Below, one piece after another: positions 19,890 through 28,767 of a stretch of 64,000 bases of DNA (position 1 is its first letter; the number at the start of each line of letters is the position of its first letter). Below the pieces are notes generated by a model. That model saw only the letters and a list, made by a program, of their open reading frames with translations, was not told where the DNA came from and did no database searches. Origin of the DNA: Rhizobiaceae bacterium (GTDB lineage: Bacteria; Pseudomonadota; Alphaproteobacteria; Rhizobiales; Rhizobiaceae); NCBI GenBank assembly GCA_017640615.1, contig JAEPQK010000007.1:104407-168406 (forward strand), in the 5' to 3' direction. A program made the translations under genes and the position numbers.

Positions 19890-20782
19890 TGGAACGGGTG
19901 AAGATAGCCGACGGTCTCGAATTCTCGCGCATTGTTTATGGCACCTGGCGCCTGGGCGACGACAGCGACACGTCGGCAAAGCATATCCAGGCCAAGATCG
20001 AGAGCTGCCTTGAGCAGGGGATCACCACGATCGACCAGGCCGATATTTATGGCGGCTACACAGCCGAGGCCCTGCTCGGCTCGGCATTCAAGGCCGCTCC
20101 ATCGTTGCGCGAAAAACTCGAGATCGTCACCAAATGCGGCATCGTTGCCCCAGCCGGGCGCTACTCCGATGCGCGGGTGAAATACTACGATACCTCGGCC
20201 GATCACATTCGCCGGTCGATCGAACATTCGCTCAAGGAAATGAGTATCGAGACCATCGATCTGCTGCTTATTCACCGTCCGGACCCTTTCATGGATCACC
20301 ATGAAACGGGCGGCGCGCTCGATGAGGCAGTTGCCAGCGGCAAGGTGCGCACGGTCGGCGTTTCGAACTTCCGTCCTTATGACTTCTCGCTGCTCCAGTC
20401 GGCAATGAAAAATCGTCTGGTGACCAATCAGATCGAGCTTTCGCTGCAATGCCACGAGCCATTTGTGAACGGCGACGTCGCCTATCTGCAGGAGCGCGAT
20501 CTTTCGCCGATGGCCTGGTCGCCGCTCGGCGGTGGTCAACTCTTTAGCAATGCCGGCTCAGAGCTGACGTCGAAGATCGATCGGCTTGCCAAGGCGAATG
20601 GTGTCGATGCGGCTTCCATTGCGATCGCTTGGCTGCTCGCACATCCCGCAAAGATATTGCCGGTCATGGGCACGAACCGCCTGGATCGCATTGCACTGTT
20701 CTCGGATGCGATGAAGGTCGGGATGGATCGCGAGACCTGGTTTGAGCTCTACACCGCCGCGCTAGGGCGAGAGGTTGCCTGA
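19889..20782 (+). CDS. smoB: Aldo/keto reductase, probable 6-oxo-glucose reductase
   Basis: DQADIYG, IVTKCGI, LLIHRPD, GVSNF, AWSPLGGG; coupled to smoC. Confidence 0.8.
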   Translation: MERVKIADGLEFSRIVYGTWRLGDDSDTSAKHIQAKIESCLEQGITTIDQADIYGGYTAEALLGSAFKAAPSLREKLEIVTKCGIVAPAGRYSDARVKYYDTSADHIRRSIEHSLKEMSIETIDLLLIHRPDPFMDHHETGGALDEAVASGKVRTVGVSNFRPYDFSLLQSAMKNRLVTNQIELSLQCHEPFVNGDVAYLQERDLSPMAWSPLGGGQLFSNAGSELTSKIDRLAKANGVDAASIAIAWLLAHPAKILPVMGTNRLDRIALFSDAMKVGMDRETWFELYTAALGREVA

Positions 20783-21315
20783 TGTACCATTTTGCCGATC
20801 AGGGGAATTCGATGAGAAGCTTTGTCCCCGGCCCGGAGAGGACACGCGAGTTCCGCGACGCCCTCGGGCGATTTGCAACCGGAGTTACTGTCGTCACCAC
20901 GCAAACGAACCAAGGCCCGGTTGGCATCACGGCCAACAGCTTTGCATCGGTCTCTCTCGACCCGCCGATCGTGCTGTGGTCGATCGGCCGGCACTCCAAG
21001 CGCTTTGCCGCATTCGCCGAGTGCGAGCATTTCGCGGTCCACATTCTTGGCGCGGAGCAGATCAGCCTGAGCCGCCGCTTCGCCAAGGCCGGAAATGCCT
21101 TTGCCGGGCTCGGCTTCGTCCGCAATGACGTCGGCGTACCTCTTCTCGATGGGTGCCTGTCCCGTTTCGAATGCCGGCGTATAGCCGGGCACGAAGGCGG
21201 CGACCATCTCATCATGCTGGGAAAGGTGGCCAATGCGACGCTGCGCGACGGCGAGCCGCTGCTCTTCGCGGGCGGTGACTATGGCCGCTTCGACGGCTTT
21301 ACGCCTGTCGCGTAA
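20782..21315 (+). CDS. smoA: Flavin reductase (start may be ATG 20812)
   Basis: FRDALGRFATGVTVVT, ANSFASVSLDPP, GGDH. Confidence 0.82.
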   Translation: MYHFADQGNSMRSFVPGPERTREFRDALGRFATGVTVVTTQTNQGPVGITANSFASVSLDPPIVLWSIGRHSKRFAAFAECEHFAVHILGAEQISLSRRFAKAGNAFAGLGFVRNDVGVPLLDGCLSRFECRRIAGHEGGDHLIMLGKVANATLRDGEPLLFAGGDYGRFDGFTPVA

Positions 21316-21318
21316 ATA

Positions 21319-22422
21319 TCAGATTCGCTTCGTCTGATAGCGCTCTGAAAGCGAACGTCCGGTTTCCGCGTCGAAGAGATGGGCCAGAGCCGGGTCGATC
21401 TCGACGTGGATGACTTCGCCCGGTTCAACTGGAACCTGCCCCTGCATATGAACGGTGATATCGGTCCCGTCCGGAACGATTCCGTAGACAAAGGTCTCGC
21501 CGCCAAGCTGTTCAACAGACTTGGCTTCGACCGGCATGCCATCACCGTCTTTCGAAAGGCGCAGATGGTTGGGACGAATACCAAGCTCGACAGAGGTGCC
21601 CGGCGCCACTGCGAAGCGTGACCTGTCGAGCGCGAGTTCGGCGCCCTCGGACACGAACCTGATCCCCGCCACTTCACCATCGGCGACTGTGCCGCCAATG
21701 AAGTTCATCTTCGGCGAGCCGATAAAGCGCGCAACGAAGCTGTTTGCTGGATGGTTGTAAAGATCGAGCGGCGCGCCGAACTGTTCGAGCAAGCCGGCGC
21801 GCAGAACCGCGATCTTGTCGGCCATGGTCATTGCTTCCACCTGATCGTGGGTCACATAGACCATCGTGTTGCCGAGCTTGCGGTGGAGTGTCGATATCTC
21901 GCCGCGCGTAGCCACACGGAGCTCCGCGTCGAGGTTCGACAGAGGTTCGTCGAACAGGAAGATCCGCGGTTCGCGTACAACCGCACGCCCGATCGCGACA
22001 CGTTGGCGCTGGCCGCCAGAGAGCTGACCGGGCCGTCGGTCAAGATAGTCCTCGATCTGTAGCATTCGCGCGGCTTCATTGACGCGCATGTCGATTTCCG
22101 GCCGTGGCATATTCACGTTTTCCAGGCCGAACGAGAGGTTGCTGCGCACGCTCATATGCGGATAGAGCGCGTAGGACTGGAACACCATCGCAAGCCCGCG
22201 CTTGGCGGCGGGAATGGCGTTCACGACCTCACCGTCGATGGCAACTTCGCCGGCGGTGATATCTTCCAGCCCGGCGATCATTCTCAGCAGGGTTGATTTG
22301 CCGCAGCCGGATGGGCCAACAAACACGCAGAATTCGCCCGATGGAATATCAAGGTCGATGCCATGGATGGCGGGGACCTTGCCGTAGCGCTTTTTGACTG
22401 CCCGAAGTTCTAGCCTAGCCAT
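21319..22422 (-). CDS. Sugar ABC ATP-binding protein
   Basis: [25 protein letters not shown]. Confidence 0.95.
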   Translation of the reverse strand: MARLELRAVKKRYGKVPAIHGIDLDIPSGEFCVFVGPSGCGKSTLLRMIAGLEDITAGEVAIDGEVVNAIPAAKRGLAMVFQSYALYPHMSVRSNLSFGLENVNMPRPEIDMRVNEAARMLQIEDYLDRRPGQLSGGQRQRVAIGRAVVREPRIFLFDEPLSNLDAELRVATRGEISTLHRKLGNTMVYVTHDQVEAMTMADKIAVLRAGLLEQFGAPLDLYNHPANSFVARFIGSPKMNFIGGTVADGEVAGIRFVSEGAELALDRSRFAVAPGTSVELGIRPNHLRLSKDGDGMPVEAKSVEQLGGETFVYGIVPDGTDITVHMQGQVPVEPGEVIHVEIDPALAHLFDAETGRSLSERYQTKRI

Positions 22423-22429
22423 CTGACAC

Positions 22430-23866
22430 CTATTTCATGCCGGAATTGGCGATACCGGTGGTGATGTATCGCTGCAGGAAAACGAAGACGAGCGTGGTCG
22501 GGATCAGGCTGACCACCGTCATCGCAAGCCGGTAATGCTCCTGGCTGATGTGCTCGCCTCGGAACTCAAGCAGGCATAGCTGGATCGTGTAAGCTTCCTT
22601 GGTCGTCGAGATCGCGACCATGGGGATAATGAGATCGTTCCAGCGCCAGATGATGGAAAGAATGCCGAGTGCCGCGATCGCCGGCAGTGCCAGCGGCAAC
22701 ACGATGCGCCAGTAGACTTTCCACTCGCTGGCAGAATCCATGCGTGCCGCTTCCATAAGTTCGTCAGGGATGGTCAGCATGTACTGCCTGAGCAGGAACA
22801 CGCCCGCCGGCGTCGCGGCGCCCGGTATGATCACACCCCAGATAGAACCTGACAGCCCGGTCGCGTTGATCGCCTTGAATACGCCGACCAGCGTGATCGT
22901 TGCCGGCACCATGAGCGTGGTCAGGATGATCGTCAGAAACAGAACCTGACCGCGAAAGCGGTATTTCGACAGAGCGAATCCGGCCATCGAATTGATCAAC
23001 AGGGTGATGATCGTCGCGATGATCGTAACCAGCACCGAATTGGTGATGCATGTCGCGAAATTGACGTTCACGCCGTAAGCCTTGCCGCGCAACGGGTCGA
23101 GATAGTTGCCCCAGGCCGGCCGAAATTTGCGGCTCGCCGTGACGGTTTCGACCGGCAAACGCACCACACCCTCAATCGAACCATCGACGGCGCGACCCGG
23201 AAGGAATTCGGCCTGCGGATTGATGTCCGGTATGGCCCATTCCATGGCTTCGCCGGTTTCCGGATTGGGCGCTGTGACCAGTACCTGCGTCACAAGCCGG
23301 TTGGGATCGAAAGGCGAGACGCCGAGATACTCTTTGATGAGGCGCACCTCGTCCGGTGCGAGGCCCTGTAGTGCGCCTTCCAGATCGAACGCCTTTCGAG
23401 CGTCGTCGGTGAGCGAATTGTAGCGGTTCAGCCAGTCGGGCAGATTTTTCTGCGCAATCAGTGCGCGGGCTGCTTCAGGCACCTGATCGAGATGGCTTCG
23501 CAGTGCGTAATATTCACGGCCGCTATACGCCGTCAGAAAGGCCTCTACGTCGATATCGGCCTGCTCGCTTGCCGAAAGACTACGCCAGTTGAGCACCCAG
23601 TCGGGCAGGTCCGAAATGATGAAAATCTCGCGTCCGTCCGGTCCGTTGACGGTCGCGCGCGCGACACGCTCATAGTCGCCCGGCAGCAGCGAAAGATCCT
23701 GCTTTTCGATCTGGAATGCCGTCTTGACCGAATTGATGCCAAGCCAGAGAACCGGCAGGAAAATGATCAGAAAGCCGAGCAGCAGATAAGCGTAGGCAAC
23801 CCAGTCGGTCCACGAGAGCCGATTGCGGCCCTGCGTTCTGGTAAGGAACTCCCAGACCGTGCTCAT
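22430..23866 (-). CDS. Carbohydrate ABC permease (MalG-like) with a large periplasmic insertion
   Basis: ELMEAARMD, IWRWND; about 200-aa hydrophilic loop after TM1. Confidence 0.9.
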   Translation of the reverse strand: MSTVWEFLTRTQGRNRLSWTDWVAYAYLLLGFLIIFLPVLWLGINSVKTAFQIEKQDLSLLPGDYERVARATVNGPDGREIFIISDLPDWVLNWRSLSASEQADIDVEAFLTAYSGREYYALRSHLDQVPEAARALIAQKNLPDWLNRYNSLTDDARKAFDLEGALQGLAPDEVRLIKEYLGVSPFDPNRLVTQVLVTAPNPETGEAMEWAIPDINPQAEFLPGRAVDGSIEGVVRLPVETVTASRKFRPAWGNYLDPLRGKAYGVNVNFATCITNSVLVTIIATIITLLINSMAGFALSKYRFRGQVLFLTIILTTLMVPATITLVGVFKAINATGLSGSIWGVIIPGAATPAGVFLLRQYMLTIPDELMEAARMDSASEWKVYWRIVLPLALPAIAALGILSIIWRWNDLIIPMVAISTTKEAYTIQLCLLEFRGEHISQEHYRLAMTVVSLIPTTLVFVFLQRYITTGIANSGMK

Positions 23867-24924
23867 CGCGCGTTCCGCCCTGACAGAGCAATCTGGGCGA
23901 CCGATAGAAGCGCCAGCACGCCCGCGGCGATCAGCGAGGCCGTAGCCGCAATGCCGAGGCCGTTGGCCGTGGGCTGACCACGCAAGCCGGCCGTCTCGAA
24001 GATATACGAGACAAGCGACATCCAGCTCACCTGCATTGCGTAGAGTTCCTCAAAGGCCTGAAACGCCTTGATGAGCGAAAGAACGGTGACGACGAGCAAA
24101 GTAGGCATGAGCAGCGGCAGCGTAATGCGCGTGAGCATGCGCCAGTCGGAGGTGCCGTCCATCTCGGCTGCTTCATAGAGGTCGCCGGGAATCGCCTGCA
24201 GACCAGCAAGCAGAATGAGCATGTAAAAGCCCAGATGCGCCCAGGTGTAGACGAGCACGGACCAGAACATGGTCCAGGCCGGATCGACCAGCCACTGTAT
24301 CGGCTCATCGATGATGCCCCAATCCATGAGCGTCAGAGACAAAAGCCCCTGGCGCTTCAGTATCAGCGTCCACAGGAAGCCGACGACAACCGGGCTCAGC
24401 ATGACTGGATAGAAAAAGATGGAGCGCCAGAAACCGCGCGCCACGATGTTGCGGTTCAACACAAGCGCGGTGACCAGAGAGAAGAACACCATGATCGGCA
24501 CCTGGAACACGACAAACACAGCCGTATCCATCACCGACCGGTGGAACTTGTCGTCTTCGAGATTTACGCCACCGGTGTCGATCTGCGTTTCGGCGAGCAG
24601 GCGCGACCAGTTGTCTGTGCCAGCGAACGGCCGGTCGCTGAAGTTGATGCTTTGTCCCTCGGTGAAGGAAAAGCCGACATTTATGAACAGCGGCGCGAAG
24701 GTGTAGATGCCGAAGATCAGCAGATTGGGCAGCAAGAACAGGTAGGGCATCGGCCCTGCCCCGGCGAGCTTTTGTGCTAGCTCGATCGGCCACCCGACGA
24801 CGCCCATGACGCGGGCCTGCAGGCTACCGCGAGGGCGCGAAACAATCGCGCCGACAACAAAATAAGCGAGGATGGCGAAAGGCCAGCCGGAGCCGCCAAA
24901 GGCGGCTTCGATAGCGGTCCACAT
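23863..24924 (-). CDS. Carbohydrate ABC permease (MalF-like)
   Basis: YLFLLPNL, LYEAAEMDG, IKAFQAF. Confidence 0.93.
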   Translation of the reverse strand: MWTAIEAAFGGSGWPFAILAYFVVGAIVSRPRGSLQARVMGVVGWPIELAQKLAGAGPMPYLFLLPNLLIFGIYTFAPLFINVGFSFTEGQSINFSDRPFAGTDNWSRLLAETQIDTGGVNLEDDKFHRSVMDTAVFVVFQVPIMVFFSLVTALVLNRNIVARGFWRSIFFYPVMLSPVVVGFLWTLILKRQGLLSLTLMDWGIIDEPIQWLVDPAWTMFWSVLVYTWAHLGFYMLILLAGLQAIPGDLYEAAEMDGTSDWRMLTRITLPLLMPTLLVVTVLSLIKAFQAFEELYAMQVSWMSLVSYIFETAGLRGQPTANGLGIAATASLIAAGVLALLSVAQIALSGRNAR

Positions 24925-24957
24925 AGGGCGGCTCCGGTTGCTGGCCTAAGCCGGTTG

Positions 24958-26226
24958 CTATTCGGCGATTTTCGCGGCGACGTCGGCGTCGATCGCTGCG
25001 AGCGCGTCGTCCAGAGATATCTCACCAACGATCGCCTTCGTGATGTAGTCGGGCACGATGCCGTAAATCACGAAGTTCTTGGAGTAGCCCTGGAAGGTGA
25101 AGCCCTGTGGAGCCGTTTCGGCGGCCTTGGCGATTGAAGTTGAGAAGGTCGACAGGGCAGCTGAAACCGCAGGCTCGGTTGCGCCGTAGTCCACGCCTTT
25201 GGCGAGCAGGCCCTCATGCGCGGTGATAGACTTTGTGCCGGCGGCATATTTCGCCGCGTTCTCCTCGCGCGCCATGTAGGCGACGAAGCCCGCAGCCGCT
25301 TCCGGGTTCGCGGTCGATTTGAATGCGACCAGACCTGAACCGCCCGGCATGGCGCCACAACCGCCAGGTCCGCACGGAGCCGGCACAGCCCGCCACTCGA
25401 AGTCTTTGATGTTGCTCGCGTAGTTGTTGATCATCCACGAGCCGGACATGTGCATCGCGACCTTGCCCGACAGGAAAAGAGGCGCGGCGTTCTGATACTG
25501 CGTGCCGCTGCCGGCCGGCCAGCCCTCTACAGGCATCAAACCATTCTCATGCCAGCCGACGAAGGTCTCTGCGAAGCTGCGGAACCCATCGTCGACGAGA
25601 ATCGGTGTACCGCTTTCGTCAAAGAACTTCGCGCCATACGAGAAGGCGGGGCCGGCCCAGCGGTGCGCTGTACGGTCCATTGCCAGTCCGGCATCGAGGC
25701 CGAGCGTTTCCTTGACTTCCATCAGGGCCGCCGCCCAGTCTTCCCATGTCGCGCCCTCGCCAGGCATTTCGACGCCTGCATCGTCGAACATGGTCACATT
25801 CACATATGGGCCCGTGACAGTGAGCTCCATCTGCCAGCCGTAAATACCCATATCCTCGCCGCCGGGCCGGCGGTACCAGGGCAGCACAGCCTTGAAGTTC
25901 TGGTTGAAATAGTCGGCATCCACATGCGGCGTCAGGTCCAGATAGTACTGGTTGAGCCCACCCAGATTGTTGACGCGCGCAACATCGGGCGCAGCACCTG
26001 TCTGAAGCTGGTTTTCCAGCTGGTCGCGAACAACCTCGTAGCCAACCTTCTCGGTGATGACGGTGTGACCGGACTCCTCTTCGTAGCCCTTCGCGATTTC
26101 CTCCAGAACGTCGCACTCATTGCCGTTCTGGAAGCACAAAAACTTTATTTCGGCGGCGAAGGATGGCGCCGCAGGCGCGATTGCGCTGATCAGCACGCCG
26201 GCTGCAAGCCAGTTCTTGTAGAGCAT
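24958..26226 (-). CDS. Carbohydrate ABC substrate-binding protein, probably for sulfoquinovose or its glycosides
   Basis: Signal peptide MLYKNW...SFA; APDVARV, MHMSGSW; SD GGAGG upstream; position within the SQ cluster. Confidence 0.85.
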   Translation of the reverse strand: MLYKNWLAAGVLISAIAPAAPSFAAEIKFLCFQNGNECDVLEEIAKGYEEESGHTVITEKVGYEVVRDQLENQLQTGAAPDVARVNNLGGLNQYYLDLTPHVDADYFNQNFKAVLPWYRRPGGEDMGIYGWQMELTVTGPYVNVTMFDDAGVEMPGEGATWEDWAAALMEVKETLGLDAGLAMDRTAHRWAGPAFSYGAKFFDESGTPILVDDGFRSFAETFVGWHENGLMPVEGWPAGSGTQYQNAAPLFLSGKVAMHMSGSWMINNYASNIKDFEWRAVPAPCGPGGCGAMPGGSGLVAFKSTANPEAAAGFVAYMAREENAAKYAAGTKSITAHEGLLAKGVDYGATEPAVSAALSTFSTSIAKAAETAPQGFTFQGYSKNFVIYGIVPDYITKAIVGEISLDDALAAIDADVAAKIAE

Positions 26227-26359
26227 TTCAGTTCCTCCCATTGGACCACCCGCGTGGTTCCTGATTGACTCGTTGGCTGCGCGATCAACCACATATCCGG
26301 CTCAAAGGGCATGCGAGCGGGCGCACTGCCATGTTAAAATTTAACAGCCTTTCACGAAA

Positions 26360-26379
26360 TAGATCAATAGTGTATCAAT
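26360..26379 (-). promoter_or_regulatory. Putative SmoD operator, copy 2 (plus strand TAGATCAATAGTGTATCAAT)
   Basis: 20/20 identity to the reverse complement of 18635-18654. Confidence 0.8.
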
Positions 26380-26476
26380 CGTGCCGGTCGCGCGGCCAAA
26401 TGGCCCGCGATCTTGCCACAGATGACGTCCGGCAGAGAGAACCACTGACCGCGCGCAATCTCTCCCGGGAGGACAT

Positions 26477-27568
26477 ATGACAATTCGATACGGTATCCTC
26501 GGCGCCGGCTTCATGGGCCAGGAGCATATTCGCAATATCGGCTTCATCGACGGTTGCGAGGTAACCGCCTTCTATGAGCCCGACGCGGCAATGAGAGCGT
26601 CCGCGCAGACGCTCGTTCCAAACGCGAAAGACTGCGCATCTCTGGAAGAGTTGCTTGGGCACAAGGACATCGACGCTCTCGTCATCGCGACACCCAACTA
26701 CCAGCATGCCGGACAGCTGCGTGAAATCTCAGCGATACGTCAGCTTCCCATCCTGGTCGAAAAGCCGCTCGTCGTGCGCGCGGAAGATCGCGGCGTGATC
26801 GAAGACCTGGAGAAGACCTATTCCGCCCCAATCTGGGTCGGCATGGAGTATCGCTACATGCCACCGCTGAAACGGTTTCTGGAGGAAGTCGAAGAGGCTA
26901 CCGGCGGTGTGCGTCATGTCAGCATTCGCGAACACCGATTTCCGTTTCTGGTGAAGGTGGGCAACTGGAACCGATTCAACAAAAACACCGGCGGGACGCT
27001 GGTCGAAAAATGCTGTCATTTTTTCGATCTTATGCGCCTGATCGCACAGGCTGACCCGGTACGCGTTCAAGGTTCGGGCTGGCAAGCAGTGAACCACAAG
27101 GATGAAGGCGGTGAAGGCGTCCCGGACATCTGGGACGCCGCGTTTGCAATCGTCGATTTCGACACCGGAACGCGCGCGATGCTCGATCTGTGTATGTTTG
27201 CCGAAGGTGCGCATTATCAGGAAGAGATCACCGCTGTCGGCCCCAAGGGCAGAATTGATTGCCTGATTCCGGGTCCGTCGCGTCGCTGGCCGGCGCATCT
27301 CGGCGATCAACCCAACGCAAAAATTGTCATCTGGCCGCGCGACATGAGCCGCAAGATCGAGATACCGATGCCTGTGGATCACACGCTGGCGGGTGCCGGC
27401 GATCATCACGGCTCGACCTATTTCCAGCACATCGCATTCCGCGACATGCTGCTAAATGGCGGAAAGCCTGCGGTGACATTGCGCGACGGCTGGCTCGCAG
27501 CCGAGATGGGCATGGCGGCACAGCAAGCATCAGAAACCGGCTCCGCGGTCTCCATCCAGGCACCATAG
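26477..27568 (+). CDS. sqgA: Gfo/Idh/MocA-fold protein, probable NAD+-dependent sulfoquinovosidase (GH188)
   Basis: GAGFMG Rossmann motif, EKP, MEYRYMP, REHRFPFLVKVGNWNRF, GGTLVEKCCHFFD, HHGS; shares an operator with smoC; no GH31 gene in the cluster. Confidence 0.75.
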   Translation: MTIRYGILGAGFMGQEHIRNIGFIDGCEVTAFYEPDAAMRASAQTLVPNAKDCASLEELLGHKDIDALVIATPNYQHAGQLREISAIRQLPILVEKPLVVRAEDRGVIEDLEKTYSAPIWVGMEYRYMPPLKRFLEEVEEATGGVRHVSIREHRFPFLVKVGNWNRFNKNTGGTLVEKCCHFFDLMRLIAQADPVRVQGSGWQAVNHKDEGGEGVPDIWDAAFAIVDFDTGTRAMLDLCMFAEGAHYQEEITAVGPKGRIDCLIPGPSRRWPAHLGDQPNAKIVIWPRDMSRKIEIPMPVDHTLAGAGDHHGSTYFQHIAFRDMLLNGGKPAVTLRDGWLAAEMGMAAQQASETGSAVSIQAP

Positions 27569-27626
27569 ACAGACGCTACCGGCTGACCGACTCCAAGTAC
27601 CTGGCGACGCAATTCGCTCCAGTGCG

Positions 27627-27643
27627 CTCCCTCATTTGGGAGA
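27627..27643 (+). promoter_or_regulatory. 17-bp motif copy 1: CTCCCTCATTTGGGAGA
   Basis: About 63 bp upstream of ATG 27706; one of four similar copies. Confidence 0.7.
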
Positions 27644-27705
27644 GGCAAAACCACGACGATGACGGCAATTTCCGGCGGCACGATCACCAGCGACGAGAGC
27701 CGGAC

Positions 27706-28674
27706 ATGGACGACAGACCCGCCACAGCCGCGAGCAGCGGCGACGGCTTCGACTCATATTTCCAGCGCGAGGTCGAACCGGCGCTCGATGCGCTGGAAGA
27801 AAAGCGTGCGACACACGTTCTTTACGTCAAGATTCTGCTCGCAGTCGCAGCGCTGTTTCTGGCAGTCATTCTGTTCAAGGCTTTGACGCGGGACGGCGCG
27901 TCCGAGCAGCTCTTTGAAAACCAGCTGGTCGGGCTCGCCGTTTTTGCGCTCATGTTCATTCCGCTGGTTGCTGCCTTCCTGATCTACCACCGGCTGACAC
28001 GTGCCTATAAGGGCGTGCTCACCGGCAGGATCTGTGACTATTTCGGCTTTGAGTTCGAGGCGCGCGGCTTCGACTTTCCGGTCAACGATTTCGCGGCAGT
28101 GATCCCTCCTTACCGCAGGAAGCAGCTCGAAGACCGGATTGCTGGCCAACACGACGGGGTCAACTTTGCCCTTTGCGAAGCCCGCTTGATGCGCCGTTCC
28201 GACGGCAAGGACAGCGAGGACAAGGAAGTCTTCCGGGGCCTGCTCCTGGCGTTCGAATTGCTCGAGCCATTCAAGGGCGAGACGGTTCTGACACCGGACT
28301 GGGGCGGCGCCGTCAATCTGCTCGAGAGCTGGAGGCAGAAGGGCGAGCGCGTGCTGCTGGAAGGAATCGAATTCGAGGAAACCTTCGAGGTCTACTCCAC
28401 CGATCCGCTAGAAGCGCGTGCCATCCTCACACCGCTCTTCATGGAACGGGTGATGCAACTTGCCGAGCATCTCGGCAGTCGCAAAGGCGTGAGCCTTGCG
28501 TTTCAGGGAAACCGGCTTCTTCTGGCGATCAGGCATTTGCGCACCGAGGGCCGGTTCGAGGCAGGGCACGTCTTCTCCGAGATCGACAATTGGCCTGAAC
28601 GCGCTCAGCGCGTGAAAGATCAGATCGAAACCGTTCTCGGTATCGTCGATGTGTTGAAACTCAGGCCTGTCTGA
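27706..28674 (+). CDS. DUF3137-like membrane protein (2 N-terminal TM helices)
   Basis: Two TMs, then EDRIAG, VFRGLL, FEETFEVYSTDPLEARAILTPLFMER; adjacent to LemA. Confidence 0.8.
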   Translation: MDDRPATAASSGDGFDSYFQREVEPALDALEEKRATHVLYVKILLAVAALFLAVILFKALTRDGASEQLFENQLVGLAVFALMFIPLVAAFLIYHRLTRAYKGVLTGRICDYFGFEFEARGFDFPVNDFAAVIPPYRRKQLEDRIAGQHDGVNFALCEARLMRRSDGKDSEDKEVFRGLLLAFELLEPFKGETVLTPDWGGAVNLLESWRQKGERVLLEGIEFEETFEVYSTDPLEARAILTPLFMERVMQLAEHLGSRKGVSLAFQGNRLLLAIRHLRTEGRFEAGHVFSEIDNWPERAQRVKDQIETVLGIVDVLKLRPV

Positions 28675-28690
28675 GCCGCTGATCTCGAAA

Positions 28691-28707
28691 CTCCCCCAAA
28701 TGGGAGA
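28691..28707 (+). promoter_or_regulatory. 17-bp motif copy 2: CTCCCCCAAATGGGAGA
   Basis: About 61 bp upstream of the lemA ATG at 28768. Confidence 0.7.
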
Positions 28708-28767
28708 GTGCCCGCGCCACGTTTTCCGCGAAACGAAAGGTGGAAAATACAGCAGATTGGGCACCCC

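Noticed and set aside
26477..27568. Annotation as myo-inositol 2-dehydrogenase
   Set aside because: No iol genes nearby; GH188-type motifs and an operator shared with smoC.
27259..27705. 149-aa N-terminal extension of the DUF3137 ORF
   Set aside because: Overlaps sqgA and the regulatory motif and has non-protein-like composition; ATG 27706 preferred.
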